A DNA stretch of 64,000 bases, taken from NCBI GenBank assembly GCA_035506215.1, contig DATJPW010000191.1, positions 5,689-69,688 of the forward strand, written 5' to 3'. The stretch is from Desulfomonilaceae bacterium (GTDB taxonomy: Bacteria > Desulfobacterota > Desulfomonilia > Desulfomonilales > Desulfomonilaceae). Position 1 is the first letter of the stretch; each line of letters opens with the position of its first letter. The notes under the pieces were generated by a model. That model was not told the origin of the DNA, did no database searches, and saw only the letters and a list, made by a program, of their open reading frames with translations. Position numbers and translations under genes: made by a program. Positions 47,559 through 56,220 of this stretch are shown here, piece after piece.

Positions 47559-47891
47559 ATGAGTAGGAAGTTCATCGTTGTCGTTCTTGTGGCCAGCTTT
47601 ATGCTCGTTTTGATGCTGGCCGTCACAAGCCAAGCCGGCGGCTTTTTTGTAGCGACTGCCAAGAATTTCAGGGGTGCCCTTTACAAGGGATTCGGACCGA
47701 CGCCGGGCCATGCATGCGAGGATGCCATCGTGAAATGTTCGCAGGATTCCTTTGCGCCTCCGAGCTGCAAAGTGATAGGGGTCCGAATGGAATGTCCTCC
47801 GCCCTTGTGTCCGCCGCCTCGGAAAGCCTATAAATCCCGCATGAGCAAGGTGTACCCTCAGGGTTACCCGATGGGCAGGCCCATGCCTTGA
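47559..47891 (+). CDS. small secreted Cys/Pro-rich protein
   Basis: GGAGG RBS, signal peptide ending SQA-GG, ECPPPLCPPP and C-terminal YPQGYPMGRPMP. Resembles the protein at 56221-56817. Confidence 0.55.
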   Translation: MSRKFIVVVLVASFMLVLMLAVTSQAGGFFVATAKNFRGALYKGFGPTPGHACEDAIVKCSQDSFAPPSCKVIGVRMECPPPLCPPPRKAYKSRMSKVYPQGYPMGRPMP

Positions 47892-47919
47892 ATTTAGAAA
47901 CGAGCATTCGTCAAATATT

Positions 47920-47953
47920 GCCTCTCGGATTATCTGAGGGGCATTTTTGTTTC
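47920..47953 (+). terminator. rho-independent terminator candidate
   Basis: Stem GCCTCTC/GAGGGGC (one G-U pair), 9-nt loop, then ATTTTTGTTT. Confidence 0.5.
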
Positions 47954-47986
47954 GAAAACAAGAGCATGACACCATGCGCTTGCGCA

Positions 47987-49918
47987 TCAACTAGGTAGGG
48001 TAGGAAGGATCTCTTCACCGGTGCCGTCCACGTTATAGCCCCCCAGGGCCAGCACTTTCTTCTTGAAGCTATCGCCTTTCATTACTTCCAGCAGCACTCG
48101 AATTTTCTCATCCTGAAAGAACTCCTCAGGAATTACCAAATCGTACTGCTCGGTGGCCACGGGGATAAAATCCAACCCAAGGGCGCGGGCCGCGGCCAGC
48201 ACACCCATACCGACGTCGGCCACACCGGATAAAACAGCCACTGCCACGGATGTGTGGGTATACTCTTCGATTTCGTAACCCTTGATCAGCGCGGGATCCA
48301 GTCCAAGACAATCCAAATGATAATCCAGCAATACCCTCGTTCCCGCGCCCGCCTGACGGTTGATGAATGTGACATCATTACGGGTGAGATCTTCGAAAGA
48401 TTGAATGGACTTGGGGTTCCCCTTTCGCACGATGAATCCCTGCTCCCTCATCACACCGTGAATCATCTTCACCGGGACATCAGGAATATATCTGCGAATA
48501 TATGACCAGTTGTACTCACCGGTTTCGACATCCAATAGATGCGAAGGAGCGACATGAGCTGCCAGGTTTTTCAGCGCCATGAGACCACCCAGACTGCCCA
48601 CATGACTCGAAGAGAGAAAGACATTGTGAGGGATCAGCTCGTCAGCCAGCAGGTCGAGGGTCAAGTCGTGGCTCCCAATGACAACCACCGTGCGATTTAT
48701 CTGATCGGCAGGTCTGAGAAGCTCCACATGCACCGCCGCTGCCCGCTCTATTCCTTCACTCCGTGCCGGTATGCGGAGAACTCCATCCGCTCTCGTTAAC
48801 GTAGCAATAGACCCCGCGCCTCTTGGAAGCGGGGCCGCAATAACTCGATCACCGACTTTTCCCAATCTGACACGCAGGAATTCTTCCCGACCCAGCTTGG
48901 ACGGTATCTTCCTGGCCGTGATGGCTGCCACGGTGGCCCGTAACCCGCTCGGAAGCCCTTGCATGGCCCGAAGCAACGGCGACCCAAAAACTTCAAAAGA
49001 AAAGACCGCTGATACCGGATAACCGGGATTCCCCATGACCGGCTTGTCCCCGATAATTCCGAGGATGGTCGGCTTGCCGGGCATCATCGCCACGCCGTGG
49101 ACCAGCACTTCGCCAAGTTCCTGTATGGCGGCTGCCGTGTAATCCTCGCTGCCCGCGGAAGAACCCGCATTTATAACTATTAAGTGTGCGTCGGAACGTA
49201 CCGCGTCGAGTAGCGCGGCCCTGATAGCCTCATACTCATCCGGCACGATCGGCCGACGCAATGCAACGCCTCCACTATCTTCGATCAGACCGGCCAGGAT
49301 GGAGGAATTATACTCGACGACTTCACCCGCGTTCGGCTCCCGCTCGATCAACGTCTCCGGCGGAACGAGTTCGGACCCGGTAGGAATGAGCACCACCTGG
49401 GGTTTCCGTACCACGTCCACCATTATGACACCGCCTGCCAGAAGTGCTCCCACTTCGTATGAAGTGACAACATGCCGAGCGGGAAGTATCATTTCCGTTG
49501 CGACAAAATCTTCACCCACACGTCTGGCGTTCTGCCAAGGGACCAGCGCTTGATCGATCTCGAAGGTCTCCTCGTCCACAAAATTCACATTCTCTATCAT
49601 TATCACGGCATTGGTACCGGGAGGCATTGGGCGGCCGGTGTTGACGGGCCAGGCGTCTTGTCCGATCCTTAAAGACACAAACCTATCAGGTCCGGCGCCA
49701 AACGTATTCTCTGCCGGCACTGCGAATCCATCCATCGCTGCTGTGTGAAAATGTGGGGAGGAAAGGCGAGCATAGACCGGGGTCGCTGTTACCCGACCTT
49801 TGGCCTCGGTGACCGGCACACTCTCAGATCCGGGAAAGCTTTTCTTGCTCAGTCGATTCAAAAAGACTGCCAAAGCTTCTTCCGGCGACTTCATGTCCAG
49901 ATATATGTTCCTTCTCAA
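47987..49918 (-). CDS. MoeA-like molybdopterin molybdotransferase fused to a C-terminal periplasmic-binding-protein-like domain
   Basis: MoeA N-terminal and MoCF domains (AAMDGFAV; SAGSEDY) plus a ~230-aa extension. The start is more likely ATG 49894 than TTG 49918. Confidence 0.7.
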   Translation of the reverse strand: MRRNIYLDMKSPEEALAVFLNRLSKKSFPGSESVPVTEAKGRVTATPVYARLSSPHFHTAAMDGFAVPAENTFGAGPDRFVSLRIGQDAWPVNTGRPMPPGTNAVIMIENVNFVDEETFEIDQALVPWQNARRVGEDFVATEMILPARHVVTSYEVGALLAGGVIMVDVVRKPQVVLIPTGSELVPPETLIEREPNAGEVVEYNSSILAGLIEDSGGVALRRPIVPDEYEAIRAALLDAVRSDAHLIVINAGSSAGSEDYTAAAIQELGEVLVHGVAMMPGKPTILGIIGDKPVMGNPGYPVSAVFSFEVFGSPLLRAMQGLPSGLRATVAAITARKIPSKLGREEFLRVRLGKVGDRVIAAPLPRGAGSIATLTRADGVLRIPARSEGIERAAAVHVELLRPADQINRTVVVIGSHDLTLDLLADELIPHNVFLSSSHVGSLGGLMALKNLAAHVAPSHLLDVETGEYNWSYIRRYIPDVPVKMIHGVMREQGFIVRKGNPKSIQSFEDLTRNDVTFINRQAGAGTRVLLDYHLDCLGLDPALIKGYEIEEYTHTSVAVAVLSGVADVGMGVLAAARALGLDFIPVATEQYDLVIPEEFFQDEKIRVLLEVMKGDSFKKKVLALGGYNVDGTGEEILPTLPS

Positions 49919-51179
49919 GACTCCTCCCTATCCAGCGGGCAAATAGATTAACGGTGACCTCCTCGCCCTTGTACAAGCCCTCGCAATCAGGTTCAATCGT
50001 AATGACCCCGTCAGCCCGTACCACTGATGAGATCATTCCTGACTTGGCCGGCATCGGGACCGCGATGATATCCTCGGCTCGCCTGAGGAGCCGAACGCGC
50101 ACAAAATCCATTCGACCTTCTCTCGAAGGAATGTTCCTGCTCAACAACGCCCGGCAACTGGGTCGAAGAAACGGCTGCAGCACTCCTTCCCCTTCGAGGC
50201 GGCGAATCAGCGGAATTATGAACTGTTCGAAACACATCATTGCAGAAACAGGATGCCCGGGCAGCCCCGCAATAGGCTGCCGACCGACTCGCGCTAATAT
50301 CAGTGGCTTCCCCGGCGATAGGGAAACGCCATGAACGAGGATTTCCGAATCCTCATGAGATCCGATAGCTTCAATCACATGGTCCCGGCTTCCCATGGAA
50401 CTACCGCCGGAGATGAGCACTAGGTCGGCTGACTGCATGGCCTGCTTGATCAGGGAAGAAAGCGCGTCCAGCCTGTCCGGAGCGACACCTATCCAGACAG
50501 GATTCGCATGGGCCTCCTGAATCATCGAGGTGATAGTATAGCGATTCACGTCCCGCATGCAGCCGGGAGGCGGTTGTTGGTCGATAGGAACGATTTCATC
50601 ACCTGAACTTATGACTGCCACTGCGGGTTTTCTGTGGACTTTAACGTTCTGCTTTCCCATCGCCGCCAACAGACCAAGGTCTTGAGGTCTCAGGCGATTG
50701 CCGGTCTCAAGAAGAGTTTCACCTTTCTTGAAATCCTCGCCACGCCGGACCACATTGTCGAACGGCGGTACGGCCTTAAATACCTCGAGAGTGTCGCGGC
50801 CGAGTTCCTCAGCGTGCTCGATCATGACAACCGCATCGGAATTCGAAGGCATTGCTCCGCCGGTCCAAATGCGGACTGCTTCCCCCTTTTTCAATTTGAT
50901 ATTCAGGATTTCCCCCATGGGGACTTCACCAATGATTCGGAAAAGAGCGGGCGCGCCTTCACCGGCCCCGAAAGTATCCATCGAGCGTACAGCGAAGCCA
51001 TCCATGGTTGAGCGGTCGAATCCCGGCATGTCCTCGGCTGCCTTCACAGACTCCGCGAGGACTCGAAACAATCCATCGCGCATTGATATTTGTTCCACTT
51101 CCAGGGGCCCGAACAGTTTGAGCAGCTCCAGGGCCTGATGGGGGGTAAGCACCTTCAGAAAAGGCTTCAGCATTGGCAT
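49824..51179 (-). CDS. moeA: molybdopterin molybdotransferase MoeA
   Basis: STMDGFAV, SGGSSMGSRDH and a MoeA domain IV ending ...EEVTVNL. It has a ~40-aa tail that overlaps the downstream paralogue. Confidence 0.8.
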   Translation of the reverse strand: MPMLKPFLKVLTPHQALELLKLFGPLEVEQISMRDGLFRVLAESVKAAEDMPGFDRSTMDGFAVRSMDTFGAGEGAPALFRIIGEVPMGEILNIKLKKGEAVRIWTGGAMPSNSDAVVMIEHAEELGRDTLEVFKAVPPFDNVVRRGEDFKKGETLLETGNRLRPQDLGLLAAMGKQNVKVHRKPAVAVISSGDEIVPIDQQPPPGCMRDVNRYTITSMIQEAHANPVWIGVAPDRLDALSSLIKQAMQSADLVLISGGSSMGSRDHVIEAIGSHEDSEILVHGVSLSPGKPLILARVGRQPIAGLPGHPVSAMMCFEQFIIPLIRRLEGEGVLQPFLRPSCRALLSRNIPSREGRMDFVRVRLLRRAEDIIAVPMPAKSGMISSVVRADGVITIEPDCEGLYKGEEVTVNLFARWIGRSLEKEHISGHEVAGRSFGSLFESTEQEKLSRI

Positions 51180-51342
51180 TTCTCTTTGAATTGATTGAAG
51201 ACCGCTACATGTGCAATTATAACTTTTGCGTAGGCTTACGTCAAAAAAGTCTCAACCCGGTCGTACCGCCCCAGTATGCCTGTCCGGCCTCAAGCCCAGA
51301 GCACTCCGGCGAATACCCGTGGCCTCAATAGAAGGATTCGGA

Positions 51343-52539
51343 ATGAATACTGATTCTCTCCACCAGAACAACTTCAATCTCAAGATCCTGATAATCCTAT
51401 CTTTCGGGCATCTCGCAACCGATTTTTGTCAAGGGGCCTTGCCGGCCATTTTGCCTTTTTTGAAAGCAAAATTGCTTTTGTCCTATACGATGACCGGCGT
51501 CATCATCCTGGCTTCGAATATCACATCTTCGGTGATTCAGCCCATCTTCGGCTACCTGTCGGACAGGCAAGAAAAGGCTTTCTTGCTTCCTTTCGGGTGC
51601 CTGTGCGCGGGTCTTGGGTTATCACTGCTGGGTATTCCTGATCATTATGAGCCTGTTCTCTTATTAGTGGTGGTCAGCGGACTCGGGATTGCGTCCTACC
51701 ATCCGGAAGGATTCAAGACTGCCCGCTTTTTTACCGGGAGCAAGATCGCTACTGGATTGGCCGTCTTCACTGTCGGCGGAAATATAGGGTTCGCAATCGG
51801 TCCCATGGCCGCGGGTTTCATAATTACACATTTCGGCCTCGATTATCTTCCGTTGATTCTTGTGTTTGCGTTCACATTCCTGTTCGCACTGCTTTGGAAT
51901 CGGCGTGTCCTGGCTCAAGCCCGGCCTGTGCGCCCCTCTAAAGGCAGCAGCCCAACTCATACGTCGAGGAGAGCATATCGTTCCCTTGGGTTCTTGATTG
52001 CCGCCGTTGTCATGAGGTCGTGGACCCATTTTGGTCTCATGACCTACATCCCCTTCTATTATATTGATCATGAAAAAGGGGACCCGTTTTACGCAGGATT
52101 GTTGGTCTCGGCTTTCCTCCTGGGAGGCGCGGTAGGAACATTGGGAGGATCACCTTTGGCTGATCGATGGGGTTACAAAAGATTCTTGATCCTGTCGATG
52201 ACCTTGACCAGTCTGCTATTCCCTTTGATTTTCGTGACTCAAGGCATCATGTTGTTTGTCACTCTCGCAGCCGTTGGTATGGCGCTTATCTCCAGCTTCA
52301 CGGTTACCATTGCCATGGCGCAGCAGATCCTGCCTCACAACCTTGGCGTCGCTTCCGGCCTCATGGCCGGTTTCGCCATCGGGACGGGAGGTATCGGCGT
52401 CACCATACTCGGAGTAATCGCTGACCACTTCGGCGTATCTTTGGCTTTGAAATCGATCAATTTGCTTCCGTGGATCGGGCTTCTGATCAGTTGCCTTATC
52501 AGCTATCCGGTACGGCATGTAGATACCGGAACGGATTGA
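51343..52539 (+). CDS. MFS transporter (Fsr-like)
   Basis: 12-TM profile with an FGHLATDFCQGALPAILPFL N-terminal motif. Confidence 0.7.
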   Translation: MNTDSLHQNNFNLKILIILSFGHLATDFCQGALPAILPFLKAKLLLSYTMTGVIILASNITSSVIQPIFGYLSDRQEKAFLLPFGCLCAGLGLSLLGIPDHYEPVLLLVVVSGLGIASYHPEGFKTARFFTGSKIATGLAVFTVGGNIGFAIGPMAAGFIITHFGLDYLPLILVFAFTFLFALLWNRRVLAQARPVRPSKGSSPTHTSRRAYRSLGFLIAAVVMRSWTHFGLMTYIPFYYIDHEKGDPFYAGLLVSAFLLGGAVGTLGGSPLADRWGYKRFLILSMTLTSLLFPLIFVTQGIMLFVTLAAVGMALISSFTVTIAMAQQILPHNLGVASGLMAGFAIGTGGIGVTILGVIADHFGVSLALKSINLLPWIGLLISCLISYPVRHVDTGTD

Positions 52540-52580
52540 ATCGAAATTAGCCAGTGCACGTAGGCCGTCGCCATTAGTCC

Positions 52581-53465
52581 ATGTCTTGCAGAACAATCCT
52601 TGTAATTCGTCCGGCCGCGCTTGGTGATACCATCTTGACCTTGCCGGTTCTGGATTCCATCCGGAAGGAACATCCCGGAGCGGCAATAACGTTTCTGGGT
52701 AATCGTGCGTACAGAGATCTGCTCCCGTCTTGGACCCGGTTCCATGCCTTCGACGATCCCGCGTGGTTGTGGCTCTTCAACACCGAGCAGACTGCTCCCC
52801 CCGGGTCCGCTCAGAGATATGACCGCGCGTATGTAATCCTTACGCGGCCCGAGGGAGTGATTCGAAATCTTCAAAGGTCCGGTACTGTCTCTGTACGCCA
52901 CTGTTCGTCGTCCCCTCAAGCTGGTCGGCACCTTGTGCAACACTTCCACGAAGCTCTTGGCCTGATCTTGCCGCCGCCGCGTCCGATTCTTACCCGTGTG
53001 TCCGACGGGCCGAGGAAGGACGTGATATGGGTGCATCCTGGAAGCGGCGGGCCAAGGAAATGCCTACCTCTCCGGAAATTTATGCAGATAGTGACGGAAC
53101 TGAGCAGAACCACAGGCTGGAAATTGGCGATTACAATTGGAGAGGAAGACGCATTTGTTCGCGAACAGCCGGGCTGGAATCAAATCATCCAATCAGGGGT
53201 TTCTATCCTGGAAAATAGATCGTTGCCGGAGCTATGCAGCCAGCTTGGGAACTCGAGGCTTTTTCTGGGTAACGATTCGGGGATAAGTCATCTGGCTGCA
53301 AATCTCGGCATTCCCTCCGTAGTTTTCTTCGTCGTGACAGATCCTGCCCAATGGGCTCCTTGGGTCCCCCCGGATCAGATGCGCGTCATTGATCTGAGGC
53401 GGCAAGATCTTGAGGAACTCGATTTTCACCCACAATTAGCGGAGATCAGGAATCTCCTTAGCTAG
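52581..53465 (+). CDS. glycosyltransferase family 9 (heptosyltransferase-like), short form
   Basis: ILVIRPAALGDTILTLPVL, HPGSGG and GNDSGISHLAA motifs. Confidence 0.7.
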   Translation: MSCRTILVIRPAALGDTILTLPVLDSIRKEHPGAAITFLGNRAYRDLLPSWTRFHAFDDPAWLWLFNTEQTAPPGSAQRYDRAYVILTRPEGVIRNLQRSGTVSVRHCSSSPQAGRHLVQHFHEALGLILPPPRPILTRVSDGPRKDVIWVHPGSGGPRKCLPLRKFMQIVTELSRTTGWKLAITIGEEDAFVREQPGWNQIIQSGVSILENRSLPELCSQLGNSRLFLGNDSGISHLAANLGIPSVVFFVVTDPAQWAPWVPPDQMRVIDLRRQDLEELDFHPQLAEIRNLLS

Positions 53466-53735
53466 CGCCACTCCGAGTTTTGGTAGCGTGCTGACAGGCC
53501 GGGACAACGCGGGAGGATACGGTTTGTCAAGCACTTGAGTTACTATATTATCACTTGATATCAATGCATTATACTTGAATCATCAAGTTATTAATTATAA
53601 AAATCCTGCCTATTCTTCATACAAATTCTAGATTATTTAGATAAATTTCGATATTATTGGTATTTTTTTCTTGACAATCAAAAAGTCAACTGTAATTGTC
53701 ATTCGTAACAGAAAGTTGTTCTCTGGAGGGAGGGT

Positions 53736-54737
53736 ATGTATTCAATAAAAACCCACACGCTATTAGTATGTCTAGTGTTTTTAGTAACACTTTTTGGGGG
53801 AGACTCTTACGCCTGGAACATGAACCAGGCGGATTGCCCGGATTACCCACAGGACTACTTCGTGCCTGCCGCAGCTCCAACTAACGCGGTCACAAAGGTC
53901 AAACCGACAAATAAAATATTCAAATGTAAGCCCACGGCTAAGGGCATCGCAGTCGACCCCTGGAACTTACGCTCGGACTGCATTCTTCCCATGACTCAAA
54001 CGAAAGGCTGGGAAGTCGATGCACAGGCCTTCTTTGCGAGAACCAAAGGCAAAGTTCGGTTTACTCAAGGGACCTTTTCAACATTTGGCTCCGTTGAGGA
54101 CGTGGACATCAATTCTGATCTGGGCGTTCCGGATCATGCCGTGATGGGCGAATTCTCCATCTCATACCGGTTCCGTCCGAGGTGGTCGCTGAGATATTCC
54201 ATCATGCCTATGGTCATGAACGGAACAGGGCAGCCGGGCCGAAATGTCATCTTTGGAACTATGACGGCTTTCACCAGTTTCCAGAATATATCGGTCAAGT
54301 GGGAACGCTTGCAGCAAAGCATCGCGCTCGTATACGACCCCATCCACAACCCATCATCTCGAGTGAGCCTTTTTGGAGGCTATGTCCGCATCAACGAAAG
54401 GTTGGCCGTGCTCCAAAGCGGTTTTGCCGGCGGCGGTACATTTGACAATGATATGAATATGGGAATGGCCGCGCTGGAATTCGAAAAGTGCCTCAAACAA
54501 ACCCGCATGTGCAATACTCTTTCCCTGGAATGTGGAGCAGGAGTGGCCTTCGGCGATGATGGATTCGGATCGGACCTGATGACCGGCCTGAAGTACAGCA
54601 TCCCCTTGAACAATGGCCGCTGGGGTTTCGTTAAGGGTGGATACAGATTCATGACCTACAAAAAGAAATATAGTGATTTCAAATTGTTCGATACAGCTAT
54701 GGAAGGCGGCTTCCTCCAAATGGGTCTTGTGTTCTGA
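53736..54737 (+). CDS. putative outer-membrane beta-barrel protein
   Basis: Signal peptide, alternating-hydrophobicity strands, C-terminal ...GFLQMGLVF, and an AT-rich promoter region upstream (TTGACA at 53671-53676). Confidence 0.45.
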   Translation: MYSIKTHTLLVCLVFLVTLFGGDSYAWNMNQADCPDYPQDYFVPAAAPTNAVTKVKPTNKIFKCKPTAKGIAVDPWNLRSDCILPMTQTKGWEVDAQAFFARTKGKVRFTQGTFSTFGSVEDVDINSDLGVPDHAVMGEFSISYRFRPRWSLRYSIMPMVMNGTGQPGRNVIFGTMTAFTSFQNISVKWERLQQSIALVYDPIHNPSSRVSLFGGYVRINERLAVLQSGFAGGGTFDNDMNMGMAALEFEKCLKQTRMCNTLSLECGAGVAFGDDGFGSDLMTGLKYSIPLNNGRWGFVKGGYRFMTYKKKYSDFKLFDTAMEGGFLQMGLVF

Positions 54738-54823
54738 TCGGACCGCTTAAGTTTCGGTGACCGCTCCCCACAGCGGTCAATTCATCAGTATTGCTTACGG
54801 CCGGCCGGAAAAATCACTCAAAA

Positions 54824-54882
54824 GCCCGACCGCTCCTCCGGCCGTTTTCCTCCCAGCTCTTAGTGCGGTCGGGCTTTTTTTT
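54824..54882 (+). terminator. rho-independent terminator candidate (long loop)
   Basis: GCCCGACCGC (54824-54833) pairs with GCGGTCGGGC (54865-54874) and is followed by T8. Confidence 0.5.
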
Positions 54883-55230
54883 GTCTAATGCCATCTCCGT
54901 TATTACATGTCAGGCCGATCACTTTTAAAAAAGTAATCTGAGTTGAAATTCGTTCCAGCACTGACCCCGCGTCCCGCGGGGTTAGTGGCACCCAAAGGCA
55001 CGAGTTCACGAAGATGGGAGCCACTGACTTGCGTTGCAAGCCCGTGATTCTTTATTCCAATGTTTCACGTTGAATCGCGAATCGGTATCAACAGAACCGG
55101 AAAATTGCACAGTGGAATCAGGCCGGTACGGATAGGGCCGCCTGACTCTCTTGCCCAAATAGGTCTGCGGTGCGAAACTAACCCGGAGAGGGAAGCCGTC
55201 TCAATTCGGTATGGAGAAAATCGCAAGGTC

Positions 55231-56019
55231 ATGAAACTGGAAAATAAAGTTTTGAAGCTCATTCTGGACGCGCCCGGCACGTCAAAGGAAAAGCTTCGGT
55301 CTCTGTTCGATCTAACCGAATACCGCCTGAAGAGAATTCTCAGACACATAGAAGCCGACCTCCCCGGCGCAACGCTCGTACATCATCCGGAAAATGGGGT
55401 TTGGATAGTGCAAATTGATCCCGCGAAGTGTCTTGGTGTTGACTGGATGGGAACGCTCGGTCGCGGATATGTCCAGTGTTCCAGAAGACCTCGGTTTTCC
55501 GATGGACGCTGTTGGCATCATTCCCGTTGGGAAAACCCTGAGATGATCGCTTTCGAGCGGAGATTGGGTTGCCTTTCCGGGCCGTGCGAACCTAGTCCAT
55601 ATAGCCTGAGCCAGTTGCCTATCATAGAGTTGGAGGAGCTTATTCAGGCCTTGAAAGATATTGTTCCCAAAACTTTTATGGATCGGAACAGAAAAAACAA
55701 GTTTATGGCAATGCTCCTTCCCGCCCTGGCGATATTGAGATGGAAGGATCAGATGCGGCGCCGGCGCATGGGCCACTGGATGCCCCCCGAATTTGCAGAG
55801 CGTCACAGACGATCTTCGGTGAACCTGTTTGAATTCAGTGTTAGACAACACTTTCAAGCTCTGGAGTTGTCGTCGGACTCTACCAGGGAAGATGTCTTGA
55901 AGGCATGGAAGAAGCTTGCCAAACGCTACCATCCCGACACTTCGGATGGAGATGAGGAGAAGATGAAAGCCATCAATTCGGCCAAAGAAAGAATATTCAA
56001 AATAAGAGGCTGGGATTGA
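55231..56019 (+). CDS. J-domain (DnaJ-like) protein with the J domain at the C-terminus
   Basis: C-terminal VLKAWKKLAKRYHPDTSDGDEEKMKAINSAKERI (HPD motif); N-terminal wHTH-like segment; Cys/His cluster CSRRPRFSDGRCWHH. Confidence 0.65.
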   Translation: MKLENKVLKLILDAPGTSKEKLRSLFDLTEYRLKRILRHIEADLPGATLVHHPENGVWIVQIDPAKCLGVDWMGTLGRGYVQCSRRPRFSDGRCWHHSRWENPEMIAFERRLGCLSGPCEPSPYSLSQLPIIELEELIQALKDIVPKTFMDRNRKNKFMAMLLPALAILRWKDQMRRRRMGHWMPPEFAERHRRSSVNLFEFSVRQHFQALELSSDSTREDVLKAWKKLAKRYHPDTSDGDEEKMKAINSAKERIFKIRGWD

Positions 56020-56164
56020 TCAGAGGCAGGCCGGCGCTGTGACACTCGTTGACATTTTTTCCGTAGGAATTCTTGCAGAAAGCCTCGGGCATGCTTTCAG
56101 GGTCTCACGTGTTTTTGAAAATCTTCTCCAGGGGTGGGGTGGGGATTTTGCCCAAATGAAAAAC

Positions 56165-56195
56165 AGGGGACCCTTGAGGGTCCCCTGCGGTTTTT
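56165..56195. terminator. bidirectional rho-independent terminator candidate between convergent genes
   Basis: 9-bp stem AGGGGACCC/GGGTCCCCT with loop TTGA. T5 follows on the + strand, and an A-rich run on the 5' side gives a U-tract on the - strand. Confidence 0.6.
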
Positions 56196-56220
56196 CCGTA
56201 GATCATAGACTGAGTACAGG

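Noticed and set aside
51240-51342. GGCCTCAAGCC upstream of the MFS gene and next to moeA, reminiscent of the Moco riboswitch GCCUCCGAGCC core.
   Set aside because: I could not reconstruct the remaining conserved helices of the Moco motif from memory. The single short resemblance is too weak. An Rfam scan would settle it.
55015-55035. GCCACTG, reminiscent of the conserved 3' motif of cobalamin riboswitches.
   Set aside because: The B12-box and the rest of the cobalamin riboswitch core cannot be found around it, and the downstream gene (J-domain protein) is not a typical target.
55312-55932. 206-aa minus-strand ORF antisense to the J-domain gene.
   Set aside because: The + strand frame contains an unmistakable J domain with HPD. 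The antisense product has no motifs.
56111-56155. GTTTTTG...GGGGTGGGGTGGGGATTTTGCCCAAA, possibly a seventh, degenerate REP-like copy.
   Set aside because: Only the G-tract half resembles the family. The central palindrome is missing and is replaced by the separate terminator hairpin at 56165-56186. It is too diverged to call.
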